A stretch of DNA of 16,553 bases from Candidatus Thorarchaeota archaeon (GTDB lineage: Archaea; Asgardarchaeota; Thorarchaeia; Thorarchaeales; Thorarchaeaceae), in assembly GCA_046758445.1 (NCBI GenBank), contig JBHIAE010000059.1, forward strand, positions 1 to 16,553, read 5' to 3'. Made by a program: the position numbers and the translations under genes. Each line of letters opens with the position of its first letter. The stretch's first letter is position 1. This document shows, piece after piece, positions 16,484-16,553 of the stretch. Under the pieces are notes generated by a model that saw only the letters and a program-made list of their open reading frames with translations, made no database searches and was not told the DNA's origin.

Positions 16484-16553
16484 TTGAAGACTGAAACCAT
16501 CCAACTCATGGCTGGAGCTGCGATGCTCTCGTCATTCACATACATCCCAATCC
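16484..16553 (+). CDS. 5' fragment of a probable MFS-type membrane transporter, running off the window
   Basis: TTG-initiated open frame MKTETIQLMAGAAMLSSFTYIPI resembles MFS TM1 ending in Y-I-P. AT-rich TTAAAATAA lies about 35 nt upstream. Only 23 codons are visible. Confidence 0.5.
   Translation, partial: MKTETIQLMAGAAMLSSFTYIPI

Noticed and set aside
1-16553. Genome-wide reassignment of TAG (all-Pyl code) or TAR to Gln
   Set aside because: TAG ends 9 of 17 genes at their expected C-termini, including tightly packed and convergent pairs (7918, 9752/9765, 11563/11591). TAA ends two more.
1-16553. Selenoprotein genes or SECIS elements
   Set aside because: No in-frame TGA at a Cys-equivalent position was found. 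The thioredoxin CxxC and the phosphatase catalytic Cys use normal codons.
1-16553. CRISPR array, tRNA/rRNA, transposase/integrase, and the remaining short overlapping ORFs in the six-frame track
   Set aside because: No regularly spaced repeats, tRNA consensus loops or mobile-element motifs were seen. The short ORFs overlap better-supported genes in other frames or on the opposite strand.

Overview
Gene-dense archaeal chromosomal window. The style suggests Asgard archaea, most like Ca. Thorarchaeota; this is inference from GGAGG/GGTGA ribosome-binding sites, frequent TTG/GTG starts, TATA-like promoters and surface proteins ending in a TM helix plus basic tail. It holds 17 complete genes and one partial: a LamG/ConA-like surface protein, a DUF3303-like protein, an ethylbenzene-dehydrogenase-gamma/DOMON-like heme protein, two convergent DUF362 genes, a TPR protein, an operon of Ord-like amine dehydrogenase + HemL-like class III aminotransferase + flavodoxin, an M24 peptidase, a Cys-rich thioredoxin-like protein, a DUSP23-like phosphatase, a membrane-anchored Holliday-junction-resolvase-like nuclease, an Ig-like membrane protein, a BNR/Asp-box propeller, an M42 aminopeptidase, an NfeD-like protein and the probable start of an MFS transporter. 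The main signal is that two nearby cell-surface genes are each one reading frame broken by a single in-frame stop: TAA at 403-405 and TAG at 2777-2779. The TAG sits directly before the conserved SEDRLAVMW motif of a protein with two c-type heme motifs, a collagen-like Gly-X-Y stalk, a membrane anchor and a strong 3' hairpin. Recoding, suppression, true nonsense mutation and assembly error cannot be separated from sequence alone. TAG is the commonest genuine stop here (9 of 17 genes), which argues against genome-wide amber reassignment. No rRNA, tRNA, CRISPR array or transposase was recognised.
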